Assembly (NCBI RefSeq): GCF_022539665.2
Contig: NC_081333.1
Coordinates: 2,728,001-2,792,000, forward strand
Length of the DNA stretch: 64,000 bases
Direction: 5' to 3'
Source of the DNA: Daphnia carinata
Taxonomy: Eukaryota
The notes beneath the pieces are model-generated. The model was given only the letters and a program-made list of their open reading frames with translations, did no database searches and was not told the origin of the DNA. Each line of letters opens with the position of its first letter. Position 1 is the stretch's first letter. Both the position numbers and the translations under genes were made by a program. This document shows, one piece after another, positions 50,527 to 63,898 of this stretch.

Positions 50527-53500
50527 TCACTTGCGCTGTTCTTTGCGCCGGCTCAACGACTCCAACGCTTTCTCTCGCAGCTGTCTCTCCAAAGCCTCTG
50601 CTTCCGCCGACGGCGTGACTATGCCATCCTAGTCCAATTGTTGAGAAAAGACACTCAGATAAAATTATATGCCCGTCGAACTAAAACAAAACTTTTGAAA
50701 TTAAATCTAAGATGGAAAAGGAAAGCTACTTAAAAATGCATCAAAGATGTTTTTTCTAAAGTGCCTTTCGTTTCAAAATGCCTCTTTTTTCTCCCATTAA
50801 ATTACTCTGAGCTTAAATAATTATTCAAACCCAAATTGACTCACCTCTGACTCCTCGTCAGAATCGTGGCGCCTCTTCGACTTGCTCTTTTTAGACTTCT
50901 TCTTCTTTTCCTTCTTCCTCTTCTCCTTCTTCTTCTTTTCTTTTTTACTTTTCTTTTTCTTCCTTCTCTCTTCTTCCTCAGAATCACCAGATTCCTGAAA
51001 TTTACACAAATTGGTAAACTAAACTATTAAAGGTTTGCCAATCGATATCACCTCTGAAGATTCAGAAGAGGTATCCTTCCTTTTCTTTTTCTCCTTCTTG
51101 CGTTTCTTCTTATCTGGAGTCGACTCAACGCTCGAAGATTCTCCAGATTCGGATTCTTCTATTTCTGATTCCTCAGATCCTGACGATGACTTCCTCTTCT
51201 TCTAAAGCAGACGCCATGAAACGGGACATAAAACAATTATTTAATAAATACGCAACTTTTTACAATAACATTAAAACTGTACCTTTTTGATTGGCGAAGG
51301 GGATGGCTTGCGCTTCTTCAAACTTTTTCCCACAGGAGATTGGTCTCTTTCAACTTCTTTGCGTTTATCACTTTTTAAATCACGCTTCGCCTCTGCTACT
51401 GGGCTCTCAGAATGCGCACGACCCCTAAAACGTAATAACAGTTAAAAAAGATTGAATACACATTCTTAGCTTGCTCTTTTCTTACTTCAAACGCGATTCA
51501 CTCTCCTTTCTAAACGGTGATGGAGTGCGTGACAGACTGCGACTTCCACGGCCAGAGCCACCCCTCCTTTTTTCAATAGTTCCAGTTAAAACTTTGCATA
51601 AAATAACAAGATGTTGCAATATTACCCTCTACTGCCACGAAGTCCACCAGCTGTTGGCCTTTCTTTTTCACGTTCCCTTTCACGACCTTTATCGCGAGCA
51701 GGAAGCCGTTCACGCTCCTTTTCCCGATCACGACTCTTATCGACTTGGCGATCTGGCATTCCCCGGTCGCGATCTGGAATTCCCCTATCGCGCTCTGGCA
51801 CTCCACGGCCACGATCGACGCCGCGTTGTGCACGGCGTTGTGCTTCTGGCGATGAACTTTGGTGCCCTCGATAGTTGCGTTTGTTCTGGACACTGTCGCT
51901 TTTACGTTGGACTAGATTTGATTCATTTAAATGCGGATGTTAATAGAATATCGTTTACTGCGTTTGTGTCAATTTAACTTACTGGGGGAGGCAGAACGAG
52001 ATGACGAAGAAGAGGAACTGCGTGATGAAGAAGACTTGGAAGATACAGATGGCGAACGGCGTTTAGAAGGTGCAGCAACAATAGCAAGGGATGAAGTATC
52101 CTGTCCTGCCATTTGCATCAACTTCGCCTACGAAGACAACGTATATGAGAATTGTGAGTTATTTTCTCCGATTTTTGTCTTATTTATATGATGTGTAACA
52201 CAAAAATTGATTGCGTTCTCATTTACCTGTAAACCAGAGACAGCAGCAGGCTTCTTTTCAACATACGCGCTATCTTTCTTAGGTTCGGGTGATCGACGCG
52301 GACGTTCTTTGTCACGGCGATCGGGAGATCTATGGCGGACAGGCGACTTCCTAACCGGTGAACGACGTGGTGAAGGACGACGAGGAGAATGGTTACGAAC
52401 AGGTGAACGCCGTGGCGATCTACGAATAGGAGATCTTCGTGCAGGCGATCTTCGAACAGGAGACCTCCGCGCTGGGGATCTTCTTACAGGTGAACGACGA
52501 GCAGGCGATCGTCTTGCGGGTGAACGACGAACAGGTGAGCGTCGAACAGGAGAGCGTCGGGCAGGTGAACGACGAACAGGTGAACGACGAGGGGAGCGGC
52601 GCGGAGACCTCCGTGCAGGCGATCTGGCAGGTGAACGACGACGAGGTGGTGGCGACGTCTTATTTCGGTTCGGAGACCGACGTTCTAGTGAAGGACGTCG
52701 ACCATCACGACGAGGTGGAGAACGAGGATTATCTTCTTTTTTGATCACCCTATCCTTGTTTGGACTACGGCTTCTATCTTTGGAAGTTTTCTTATCATTT
52801 CGTTCATTGCGTTCCTTGTCTCGGTCAGCTCGTCTATCACGATCAGCCTTTTTAATTGCCTCTTGGATCCGATCTTGTTCTTCCTGCAAAATTTCGAATA
52901 CATGTTAAAAACACCAACAATTGAAAAGCAATTAAGTTCTATACTTTTCGCAGTTTGATCTCTTCTTTCTTTTGAGCCATAAAGACTTCGGGAATGCCAG
53001 CAGATGACTCTTGGGCAGAAAGGAGAAGATCCCACAGTTCAGACATCAAGATCCTGGCGTTCTTGCCATTGAGGAATCCGGTCAAGTTGATTTGCATGCG
53101 ACGAGGATCCGGATTCTGTGGATGTACATAAACGGAAAAAGACAAACATTCGAAAAATCAAACATCTGGGAGGAAAACACAGTTACATGAGATAAACATA
53201 AGAAAAATGGATAAGGTTTTGAAGTTTCAGTATTATCTCGGCGCATCACACGAGCAATACCTTACAGGGTTTGCTCTCAAAAAGGATTAGCTGTACGAAG
53301 TTTTTTTGTTTTTTTTTTGTATTTTTCTTGCCTTGGAGTCGGCCAGAGTGATAACCGAAAAAATCAAACATTTTCAACCCAGGCGCGTTGAAAGATGGCG
53401 GATTCTCAAATATGAACGGAGTTTCCCATCCGTCCAAATGCGAAGACTTGACACAGTCAAATAGAACAATCGGAACGGCACAGGAGTTTTCCTGTCGACT

Positions 53501-54941
53501 GTACCGCCTGCTCTTGTGCTGTGATCTAGTCCTGTCGGCTAACCACAACAGTCCTAACGTAGATTACGAAGACGAATGGATGCTGCTCGGAAAAGGGAAG
53601 TTCGGATGTTCTAGGCAAGTCTAGAGGAGGCAGCCACGAAGCGAACGGCACAGGAGTCATCCTGTCGACTGTACCGTCCTGCTTTTGTGCTACAGGTATA
53701 AGTACCGTTCCATAAACGTATTCGTATCAGCTGGCTGCGACAAGCCCGCCTTCCAAAAGCAACCGCACAGGAGTTTCCCTGTGGTCGACTGAGCGGTTGT
53801 CGGCAATAACTGGGAGACAAGCATCGGCTGGAAAGACGGTCGTCCTTCCATTGCACTGAGATGGGCAATTCCAGATTTGCCCCTACGGTTCTTGGAGTTT
53901 ACTGTGCTGCATTCCATCATTTCGCAGGAGTCATCCCAACAATAGTCGACTGCGAAATGTTGGAAATTGCAGTTCCTAGCGTAGCCGCACGACTATGGTA
54001 TTGAAGGCGTGACGACTTGGTCATCCAAATTTTGAACAGCAAAAAGATGGACCAAGTTGAGGACCTCGAAATAGGGCCATCCTTGTCTCCAACATGTCAC
54101 AGCAGTTGGTACTTGCAACACGATAGCAAGAAGACTTTGATGCATTTCCAAGCCGACTTAACTCCATATTAAGTCTTCATAATGCAGGACCCAAAATTGT
54201 ACAAAATATTCAGATGGGCACACCACACAAAAATGAAGTGCCATCTGGATGGTCAACACAATTGGGTTATCATTCATTGTTAAGGCATTAGATGCCAGAC
54301 ACAAAGCAAGCTGTTCAATCATTCTTGGCTATTTCTGCCATTTCATAAAAACATTGGATATCGATAACAAAAAACTTACATTATTAAAACAAGATACATT
54401 ATCCAAATGAGAATGATTGTTGATGAACTAGAACTGCTATATGCCTAGACACTACAACTACACAAGAATGAAAGATCAGTGTGTTACCTTGTCAGCTTCA
54501 AGCTGATTAAAAACATATTCCACCAACACGTCATCTTCAATGCCACCCATAAGCTCTGTAATTTTGGTTGTGATCCATGGTTTGATTGTTTCCAGTTTCA
54601 CTTTACTCATATCAACCTGCCATCATCAACATACAAATGAAAAGGAAGCTACACAAACTGTAAGATGATTTTTTTTTTTTACTTTTTTTGTAACATTGTC
54701 AGCAAACTTAATTGTTTTCAGCAACTTCTTTTCTTTGTCGCTGAAACGATTGTCTTGCTCGGTTGAGGTGCCCTAAATGAAAGATTTTAGATATAATAAG
54801 GACAAAAACACAAAAATAAAGAAATTGAAATAGAGCGACAATGTTGGTAACCATTTTTCACTGGCGACCCTAATGTACATAAATATGTATGTAATCAAAG
54901 GACTGTAATCAACTTACTCTAAAGAAACCAGCATCAGTCAT
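50527..54941 (-). CDS. SRRM1: Serine/arginine repetitive matrix protein 1 (SRm160): PWI domain plus RS/SP repeats
   Basis: MTDAGFFR|GTSTEQDNRFSDKEKKLLKTIKF..|VDMSKVKLETIKPWITTKITELMGGIEDDVLVEYVFNQL..|NPDPRRMQINLTGFLNGKNARILMSELWDLLLSAQE; RRSP repeats; K-rich tail; C-terminal LERQLREKALESL. Confidence 0.94.
52370..52645 (-). repeat. Coding tandem repeat, 15 bp unit (RRSP[A/V/I])
   Basis: Translation RRSPARRSPVRRSPVRRSPARRSPARRSPV... with synonymous codon variation between units. Confidence 0.9.
53476..53965 (-). other. Array of four conserved RNA stem-loops in the SRRM1 intron (intron 53116-54487)
   Basis: Copies at 53476-53506, 53645-53677, 53761-53798 and 53912-53965 share CAGGAGT...GTCGACTG (plus strand) closed by different stems. 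Confidence 0.75.
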
Positions 54942-56246
54942 TTTTGAAGTCCAAAGGAAAGACCTCAAATTGAGGTAGTTCTATAAAAGTAAAATGTTGT
55001 AGAATGAAGCCGGATTGGTTCTCAAACTTCAATTCCTAATGGAGGGCTTACTGTATGAGCATCAAAGAAGCGGAGAGCGCATAGTTGCCAAACAAGTTTA
55101 TCAAACAACGACTGCGCTGGCCGCTGGCAAAAATGTGAAATAAAAAATCTGATATGTACTTTTTTCTTTTCACTATTTATTTTTTTAAAAGTTTATTTTA
55201 TTTTATAACAAAGCAAAGGACGGCAAATTGGTTTGGCGTAACCAATATACAATTTGCAGAATTACTAACACAAACCACTCTAGTTCTGCTGCCAATGTGC
55301 CGTCCGAGTGGCACTATTCAATAGAAAAGAAATGGGTTAAAAAGAAAACAAATTGCAAAGAACCTGTTGTTTTCAGATTGGGCAGTGTAATATGGTCACT
55401 GCATAAAGTGGACTAGACTGTGCTGAACTCACTGCTTTGTAACTGTGCATTTAGACACACACAGTGTAACTTTGTCCCAAAGGGCTTTTTTTTTTGTCTG
55501 TGTATACGATAAGCATCACAGGTATAAATCAACCACAGACAGAAATGGTCAAAAAATGAAATTTAAAAAAAGAGGTTTTCTTCAAACAAGTTGTTGTTGG
55601 CCTTTTAAGCTGGCATGCGCGCACCTTTTACGTGACCGCTGAGCTATAAGAAGAAAAACACATCGCGGTGCAGGTAAGCCGTCTCTTCCTTCAAATCCCT
55701 CACGTCTACCAGAAAGGAAAGAAATAAATTAGCAGCAAAGGAAGAGCCCCAAAGGTATATATATAATAATAATAAAAAAGGTGTATAGAGGGAAAGAATG
55801 TGAGTGGAAGAAGAAGAAGCAAAAGGCCTGGAGCTAAAGGCAACAAACTGTGTGCAGAGAGAAGAAAAAAAAACCTGGTTGGATGGAATTGACTAGAGGG
55901 GAGAATGCGATAGAAAAAAAAAAGAAGTCGGGTTCTTCTCCTGAGAGTTTTTCAAGGTGTGCAGCAGTGCCTGTGCCAGTGGGTATTGGCGGAGGCCATG
56001 GAACAGAAGCAGAAAACCAGGCCTCGCTTCCAACCAGGCCTGCTGCTGCTGGATCCATTGATTTTCTCTCCTGAACCTACCTATTTTCACCTTACTTCAT
56101 TCAACTGTGTCACACAACGACAATTGTGAACTGTGTTGTGTTAATTATTCAATAAGTGATTAGCGCAACAAAAAAGATATTGAAATTTTGGGAAGAAATT
56201 TGACAGTGTTTAATCTACCCACTACCTGTGCTGCTCCACCTGAGTC

Positions 56247-59200
56247 ATGGCTTTCTTGTGCCCCGTGAGGATACGCCGAGGCAAAAAGAAAAAAGGTAAA
56301 TACGTTCCCCAAAAACTTGCATCTGTTCGTGTCTGGAAAAGAGAGTGTTGGTGGAGGTGAACTAGATACGTAGGTTTCCATTGTTCCAAGTCGTGTCGTT
56401 CGAATTTTTCTGGTATACCTCTTTAAACTAAAAAAAAAATGAGACCACATAAGCTTTGTCGTGCATATTGGAGGCATGAAAGGAAGCGTCGTTTTCGTTT
56501 CCTTTCTTTAGGTTAGGATTTTCACACACCCGAAGAAAAGATAGACATTTTAAACTACCAAGTTGAAGACGATGCCTGGAGCTATGCAAACTTTTTTGCC
56601 GAATTCCTTTCGTCTTCTCTATTGTCTTTTTTCTCTGCGTATTGAGATGCTGAACTTCAAATATTGTGGGGGTTGTTTTTTGATCCTCCCACCTACTAAA
56701 AAAATCACAGCAGATGTTCAACGTTTTTTTTTCTTAGTTAAAATAAATGTTTCAGACAGAAATTTGAACAATAGACTAACCATAAGAGAATAGGTAAAAT
56801 GGCACAGGAAACAGAATCTCTCTTTTCTTAATTGTGGTTTTGTATCCACATGAATACATCACCGTCCAAGATTCAGTTGCGTCGTGTTCTCCCAGTTAAT
56901 CGCCATGTTGGTTTCCATGTCAGTCAAGATTTTGTAATATTATTAACCAATCTTTTTTCGGTAAAAGAAATCATGTCAAGTCAGTTGTTCCGAAGATCGG
57001 TTTTCAGTATGACAAAAAAAAAGATTGTCAAACTAAGAAACTCGGCGAGTGCACACCAAACTTGGCTGAATGAAGATAACACACACACACGTAAAAAGTT
57101 TTTAAAAAAATAAACAAAAAACAAACAAACAAGTAGAATGTGATTTTAAAGTTACGAGCTGCCAACACGATCGCATGTCAAACGTTCGTGACTAGCAGGC
57201 ATTCCAAATCCGTTAACGAACCCCCTCAAGTATGAGTCTGAACATGTCACGTGTTAGCGTTCGAAAGAAAAATTCACTGGTTTTGCTGCATCGCCAACAG
57301 CGTGGGTACGATGGAAACAAATTTTCATGATAATAAGACAGTTGAAAAAAAATCCACGATTTTTTAAAACATAATTTCGATGCTATTTTTTTTTAGCTGG
57401 TAAATTTACTTCATCGGTCAAACGAATCCGCAGAATACTGTAAATTTTGAGAAATCTGGCGACACGATCAGAAGTCAACGAACCAAAAAAATTTCTTTTT
57501 CTCCATTTTGCGGTCACGATTCTTTCATTTTTTTGCTTGTTTTCTTTTTTATGAGAATTTTATTCAATGCAATGTATTCGGTTACTTGCTTTCTTTATCA
57601 AACGAGAAATTGATTACTACTTAGACGATGGGTGTTTCATGTTTTCGAAGTTCTTGGATGCCGACAGCGAATGACACAGACGACGATCAGACTTTTTAGG
57701 TAGATAAATTTTCCTTTGATTTCTGTTGGCTTCTCATGACATTAGGAAATCCAGGCGTATCGTCTTTTCTTATCTTTTAATAAATAAGCTTTCGATTCAT
57801 CCTCTTCGCATTGAGAATAGCGTGACTGATTATGATCAAAACACGAGAGAGGACTCGTGTTTTCACCATAGAATCGATTTTCCTGGTTTCTCCTACTTGC
57901 GGCTAGAAAGAACATAAGCACGCAGTATTCTTCCACGCCTTACCGATTCGCTGGCTGCTGCATTTGGTCATTAGAGATGCAGATTCGAATTTAATAAATA
58001 ATAAGCAACTAGAGAGATAAACACTCAAAAAGAGTATTCGTATATATAGTATTCGAAAAACGTAGTACTCCCGACGTCCAACAAGTTTTTCCTGGATTTC
58101 ACACGCTTTTCGAATTACACACTGTGAGAACGGGAAAAAAAAACAACTGGGAATTAGTTTTTTTTAAGTACACGTAGCGGAGATGATGCTAAATGAATTT
58201 TTACAGTTACAACAGAAATTTTCTTGTCTTCCCACGTACGAAAAAAGAATATAAAATTGTATGTACCTATTGTACAACATGATGTATCACGTCGAGATGT
58301 CATTCTCCATCTTGTGCGTTGTATCAATAATAACGGAGCATGGCATGTACACGTTTGGTCATAACATTTTCTTCATTTTTTTTCGACAGCCGATGATAAA
58401 GACACGATCAGGCCACCAGGTATGGGTCGAATTACTGGCAGTGCTTCCATCGAGACCCTCGTCCGCGTTGGCATTGAAAAGGAGAACGGCCTGTCACCCG
58501 ACAGTAAAATGATCGTTTTGCACGACTTCACGCCTTGCGTGGATGATGAACTAGAAGTAAAACAAGGCAACGTAAGTCTTTCATACATACACATGTTTTC
58601 CCTTTTGTGCAGCAATGATGACTCCATGTGTTTTTGCAGGTTGTGAACGTGTTGTACCAGGAGAACGACTGGGTCTATGTAATAGGCGAAGATCAACGAG
58701 AAGGCTTCATTCCGCACTCGTACTGCGCTCCGTATACACCGCACCTTGGCGAAATGACGTTAACTGTCAAGAAGAAGCTGCCAAGAGATCTGGGCATTCC
58801 CAACGCGACAGACATTAACAACAGCTCCAGCACAGGTGGTCCAGGAGGGGGTGGAACGAGTGCTGGGGTCAGCGGAACGAATGGTGGAGGCGAAAACAAT
58901 AATCAACATAATACGACTATCAATAGTACCCGTAAGTTCTTCCTGCGTAAAAAAAAATGTTGGCACATCCAATAAAATATTTTGCTAGGCTCGTCTTTCT
59001 TCCCACCGGGAACGTTGGCATTGGGTGATGGTTCTGATAATGAGAGCTACGGTACAAAGTCTTTAATGCCGGCAAATAGTCCTCAAAGTATGCACCAGCA
59101 ACCACAACAACAACCCAGTCGTCACGTCCAATCCAGTTCCACTCAAAGTCTGAATTCACAACTTTCACATCCAGACATTCATCCGTTCTTCAAGGTAACT

Positions 59201-59932
59201 ACCTATCCATTGAGTTGTCAAAATCTTAAATTTAATCACTTACTGACAAGCGCAGGATCCATCTGGAAGATACATTGTATTGTATACGTTCATAGCCCGA
59301 GATGAAAATGATGTCAGCGTTGAACGCGGTGAATTCGTGACCGTTTTAAATCGTGAAGACCCCGATTGGTATTGGGTGGTACGCAGTGACGGACAAGAAG
59401 GTTTCGTTCCCAGCGCATTTGTCTATCCAGCTGAAGCCATACAGAGTACGTGTTCGTTTGTTTTTCTTTTCTTTCCAGAAGACCAGTTTTTCTCGTTTCT
59501 TCTACTGTCTGTGTTTTTCTACAGTGAATATTAATGACACTGTTTTCAATGTAATAGGTCACGTAACTCAGGCGTGTGGTAGTCCAGTGCCAGCCATGAG
59601 TAATATAAATAACAGCAATAATATGCCAACATCGCCAACGGGGTCGGATGACATGCGGTACCATGGAACCGAACTAGTAATGCTCTACGATTACAAAGTG
59701 AGTATATATAGATTTTTAAAAATAGAATTGTTGAGTACCTTTATTTATTTTCTGATTGCAAAATTAGGCACAAGCTCCAGACGATTTGTCGGTGCGTAGA
59801 GGTGATTGGGTCTACGCCGATCTGAACAATCAAACGGTCGACGGCTGGCTCTGGGCCTTCGCTCCCAAGTCGCGCAAATACGGCTTCATCCCCAAAGCAT
59901 ACGCCCGTCCACCAGCCATGACTAGCCTGTAA
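56247..59932 (+). CDS. Dlish: Triple-SH3 adaptor Dlish/Vamana; exons 56247-56295, 58390-58571, 58640-58931, 58989-59193, 59256-59445, ~59558-59697, 59769-59932
   Basis: N-terminus MAFLCPVRIRRGKKKK, then GMGRITGSASIETLVRVGIEKENGLSPDSKMIVLHDFTPCVDDELEVK, three SH3 domains and C-terminal YARPPAMTSL*; matches recalled Drosophila Dlish. Confidence 0.9.
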
Positions 59933-60282
59933 AATACAGACAACAATGACAAAAAATACTCTTTTTTTTATGTATTATCCCCTTTGTTGTTGCTTCCAAT
60001 TATTCTTTTTATGAGAACTGCAATCCTTTTATTTAAAAAGAAAAGGTAAATGTTACTGGTGTTCCTTTTGTGGAAGATTAGAAATCATTCCATGAAGAAA
60101 GAAAAAAAAATGTACATATTGTGTTACATGCTGATTCCGTCTCACTAATATCTTGTGCACTTGTACAGCCACGATTAACTGGATTTATTATTAAAACAAG
60201 AATGGAATGGTTATGAAACAAAACTGAATCAAACTGTATTTACTATAGTTGTTATGTCGACCAAAATACTTGGGATCAATAT

Positions 60283-61348
60283 TCAATTTCTCAAGCCTAG
60301 TTGTTTTTCTTCTTCTTCGATCCATTTTTCTAGTTCTGCTTTTTCCTTCGCAAACTTAACTTTTTCTTTCTCGAGTTCCTCCTTGTACGCTTCGAGACGC
60401 TCATTGCGCATTCGCTCACAGTACATTGTCGTTAATTTCATGATGGAACCTTTCCTGGTGACCGGAACGATGGTCCTTAAACAAGCAAAAAAAAAACCAT
60501 TACAAGTCAATCAAATTTTTTAAAAATTACAGCTTTACGGAGTAATTACTCGGGATGTGGATGATAGACGAGGTCAAGTTTTTCCAGCAGCCATTCAAAT
60601 CGTTTGTAATCAGCTTTCCTAAGGTGTTTTAGGAGGGAATTTCGACATTCGATATTCTCTTTGCAGATGACCCGAGACATGACGTCTCTCTTGCAAGTTT
60701 TCGTATGGCGCTGTTGATTTCGGATTTTGATTGTAAGGCAAGCAACTATAAAGAGATCCACTTTTCAGTCAAGTAGGGGTATGAATTGGTTGTCTTAGTT
60801 ATCAACTTACTTGCAGATTCTAGAGATGCACAATCAAACGTATGCCTCTGAATGTTTCCAAGCACGTCATGCTTAATGACCTGAACTTGCTTGCTCAGTG
60901 GAGCAAATTCAAGGGAAGTTACTTTTTTAACATCAGAAGAGATACTGAATGATTACAACATAATTACTGATGTTAAGAGTAACAAAGAAAACACTATGAG
61001 AATCATTACTCTTTACGGTCTGTGAACTGAGCTTCCGGCTTGTTTCGTGAAAATTTAAATTGAGGACGTCTTAAATCCAATTTGGGCATTTCTCCTCTGT
61101 CTCCACTTTTTGAAGGGTCTAGGCAAGAAACCTTTGGTGGTGGAATCCATTCTATATTGATTTCTTTGTACGTCCTCATCTGTACAATTGCTACAATGGT
61201 GCAATTACAATTAATGCCTTGATTAGGGGTTGAGCTTCGAAAACAAGTTTTCATTACCTAATATTTTTGGGCACATCAGAGAACTATGTTTGTGAACAAT
61301 TGCATCAACCATGGAAGGTTTTACGACTGTAAATATTCTGTTATACAT
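60283..61348 (-). CDS. mRpS15: Mitochondrial ribosomal protein S15
   Basis: IEWIPPPKVSCLDPSKSGD, LTIKIRNQQRH, RNSLLKHLRKADYKRFEWLLEKLDLVYHPHP, PVTRKGSIMKLT and a charged C-terminal helix. The start codon is inferred. Confidence 0.85.
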
Positions 61349-63398
61349 GATTTATGTAGAAAAATTTTGTAAGTCTTTTTACTGAAACACCATTTGGTGA
61401 ACTACCATCACAGGAGCAGACGACACTATAACGCGACGGTTGCTCATTTACAATTTCATGACTTTATGCGCATGGGTACCAAAATCATTTTAAAAATTCA
61501 GAATTTCTGGTTTATTTTCATTATCCGGTAACAAAGAACCTTACCAACTAAAACCAACAATTGATTACCCACATTACTGAGCTACCATCTGCTTGTGCTG
61601 ACTTTTGGACGCAAAAACAATTCATAAGAAACATCTGGTGCCAGAAGAACGTTAGCAGACCGATGTTGCTAACAAGTAACAACTATGCCACCAACCTTGA
61701 ACATTTTTTTTTTGTTCTGTCAAAAATAAATGAAAGCATTGCGAAAACGAAGGCACCCACGCGTTACCTAATTTGTGCCGATGTCTGTAAATAACTTTGA
61801 AGCCAAAGCGAAGAAACCTCAAGTACACATACGTCAAGATTAATTTACGTGAAACTTGGACGTCTCCTATTTATTCGTTGCTTTTTACGAATCCCAGAAA
61901 ATTCCATGAAGCGAAGTCGTTTTTCGTAAACGATACAAATTTCTTTGTAATGGGTTTCGATTTGTGTCGAGTAAAATTGCCCAGCTGGAACGAGGACTTG
62001 TGCAATAACAAAGTAATTCGTTTGTTTTTAATCATTTTTTATAGTTTTTTTTATTGCTATCACACTATATATATCATCTATTGGGATGTTTGATCCTACT
62101 TTTCCCATTCGGCAACATGCACATTGGTTCACAATATGGCTACCAGTAATTTCACTTCGATTAGATGAGGGTAACCATATTGTGTAGTTGGCAAGTTGGT
62201 GGATGGATAAAATTAGGCTTAAACATCCCCTTTAGCAGTGAATCAATCATTCAAAAAGGGTTTGTAATATATAAAAGTGTGTCATACGACCAAGACAAAA
62301 TCAATCATTTCCTATACAAACAATAAAATCCAGATGATATATATCCGTCGACTTCGTTACATTCGTCTTGATTACAAGTGATAAATTAATGATGAGTTGT
62401 TTTTTTCTTGTCTAGTCGACAAATTGCACGCGCGTTGAGCCGCTACGCACGTTTGACATTTACAGTGAAACACGCAGGCCAATGCACACTTGTCACAGCC
62501 AAATTGTCCCAACGAAAAACAAAGTTAGACAAATAAAGAGAACAATTATTTTTAGCAACGTTAGTTTCATCCTATGTACAACACGCGATTAACGATTTCG
62601 CAATAATTATATTTTGTCTTGCTGTTATAAATAGGCTGTATGTCATTTCGAAAAGAGAGAAGGAGGTGTAGTGGAAGTATAGAAAGAACTTTGGATTCAT
62701 AATTATTTCAATATGATTTCAACGATTGACTTTTTTTTCTCTAAAGTTCTTATCTGTAAATAACATTGTCGTTATTGAGTAATTCTTTTACGAGATATTT
62801 TAATTTAATAAATGTGAAGTAGCGTGAGAAAGATAGATTGATGAAAGGATGTCATAATTAATGTTAGCAGTAGAACGACTTTACCTTCATTGAATTGAAT
62901 ATTATTGGATAGAAAGCATTGATCATATTCATGTAATGTATATACAAATATTATACATATTATTATTTTAAGTATATATACCAGTATATACTGTGTTGAA
63001 TTTAATTATTTTAAATTGAAAAAAAAAAAGAATGGAATTTTATGAGGCAGTAGATATTGTAGAATTATTTTACGTAGAAAAATTTACATTGAAATTAAAA
63101 TCTGTAATTAATATTATCTAGATTGGTAAATCTTTTTTTTCTTTTTTTTAAAGATAATGGGCTACAGTTGAACTGGCTAATATCGGTGGCCTGGCCACTC
63201 TTTTGTATACCTACTATACTATTTTATATACCTAATTATATATATGGAGGATGAATTAAAAAGACGAAAGTATACAGGAAAATAGCTAGAAAGATGAGTT
63301 GAGAAACGAGTAGTTAATTGGGGGATGAGAGCTGATTCGTGTTTAATCCGAAACTGGATTAATAAGTAATGAATCGATTATTTGATATAATCGATCAG

Positions 63399-63898
63399 TT
63401 ATTTGGGATTGTGGAGCGTAAGGTCTTCGGTGGTGACCTCTGAGATGTGGAGGTAGATGACCCAGTACATCAGATGAAAGCAGGCGAAGCAGACGGGGAA
63501 GATGACGCGAGAATACTTGTCGATGGTTGAGGGTGAGGCGCCACACATCATGTTCAGGTTCTTGCCCTGGCTGACCAGCGCCAGGTCGTCCGTGTCACCA
63601 ACAGCCGTCACTTGAACCACTGTGCTACTTCCCGATTTATTATTCTTGCACTGCGTATTTGGAAAAGAGGCATTTTAAAATATGAAATTCCACCCCCTCA
63701 AAAAAAAAAAAAAAACAATTAAAACCAATATTACATGTGATTTGGCGACAGTGGATGAGGCTGTCTCGCCATCCAGAGATCCCGCGTTCGTGCTGACCTG
63801 CATGGCTGCCCGTCTTTGTTCGGCCAATTTTTGTAGATTCTGGTAGCGTTTCTTCCGCATGTCAATTCGTTTAGCGATATACCCTACGGCAGCGTACT
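63399..63898 (-). CDS. Rdl-like GABA-gated chloride channel subunit, last two exons (63898-63735, 63650-63399); the gene continues beyond the window
   Basis: TM3 end [18 protein letters not shown] and TM4 region [32 protein letters not shown], both close to arthropod Rdl. Confidence 0.85.

Noticed and set aside
52207..52908. 233 aa plus-strand ORF with GERR/GDLR repeats
   Set aside because: Antisense shadow of the SRRM1 RRSP repeat exon.
53730..53752. Twister-like ACAAGCCCG
   Set aside because: The other twister elements (UAA cleavage-site context and the two pseudoknots) could not be assembled.
54955..55055. RNase MRP-like pair GGAAAGACCTC ... GAGGGCTTACT
   Set aside because: Only ~90 nt apart and abutting SRRM1 coding exon 1. 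CTTAC is better explained as a minus-strand GTAAG donor of a 5'UTR exon.
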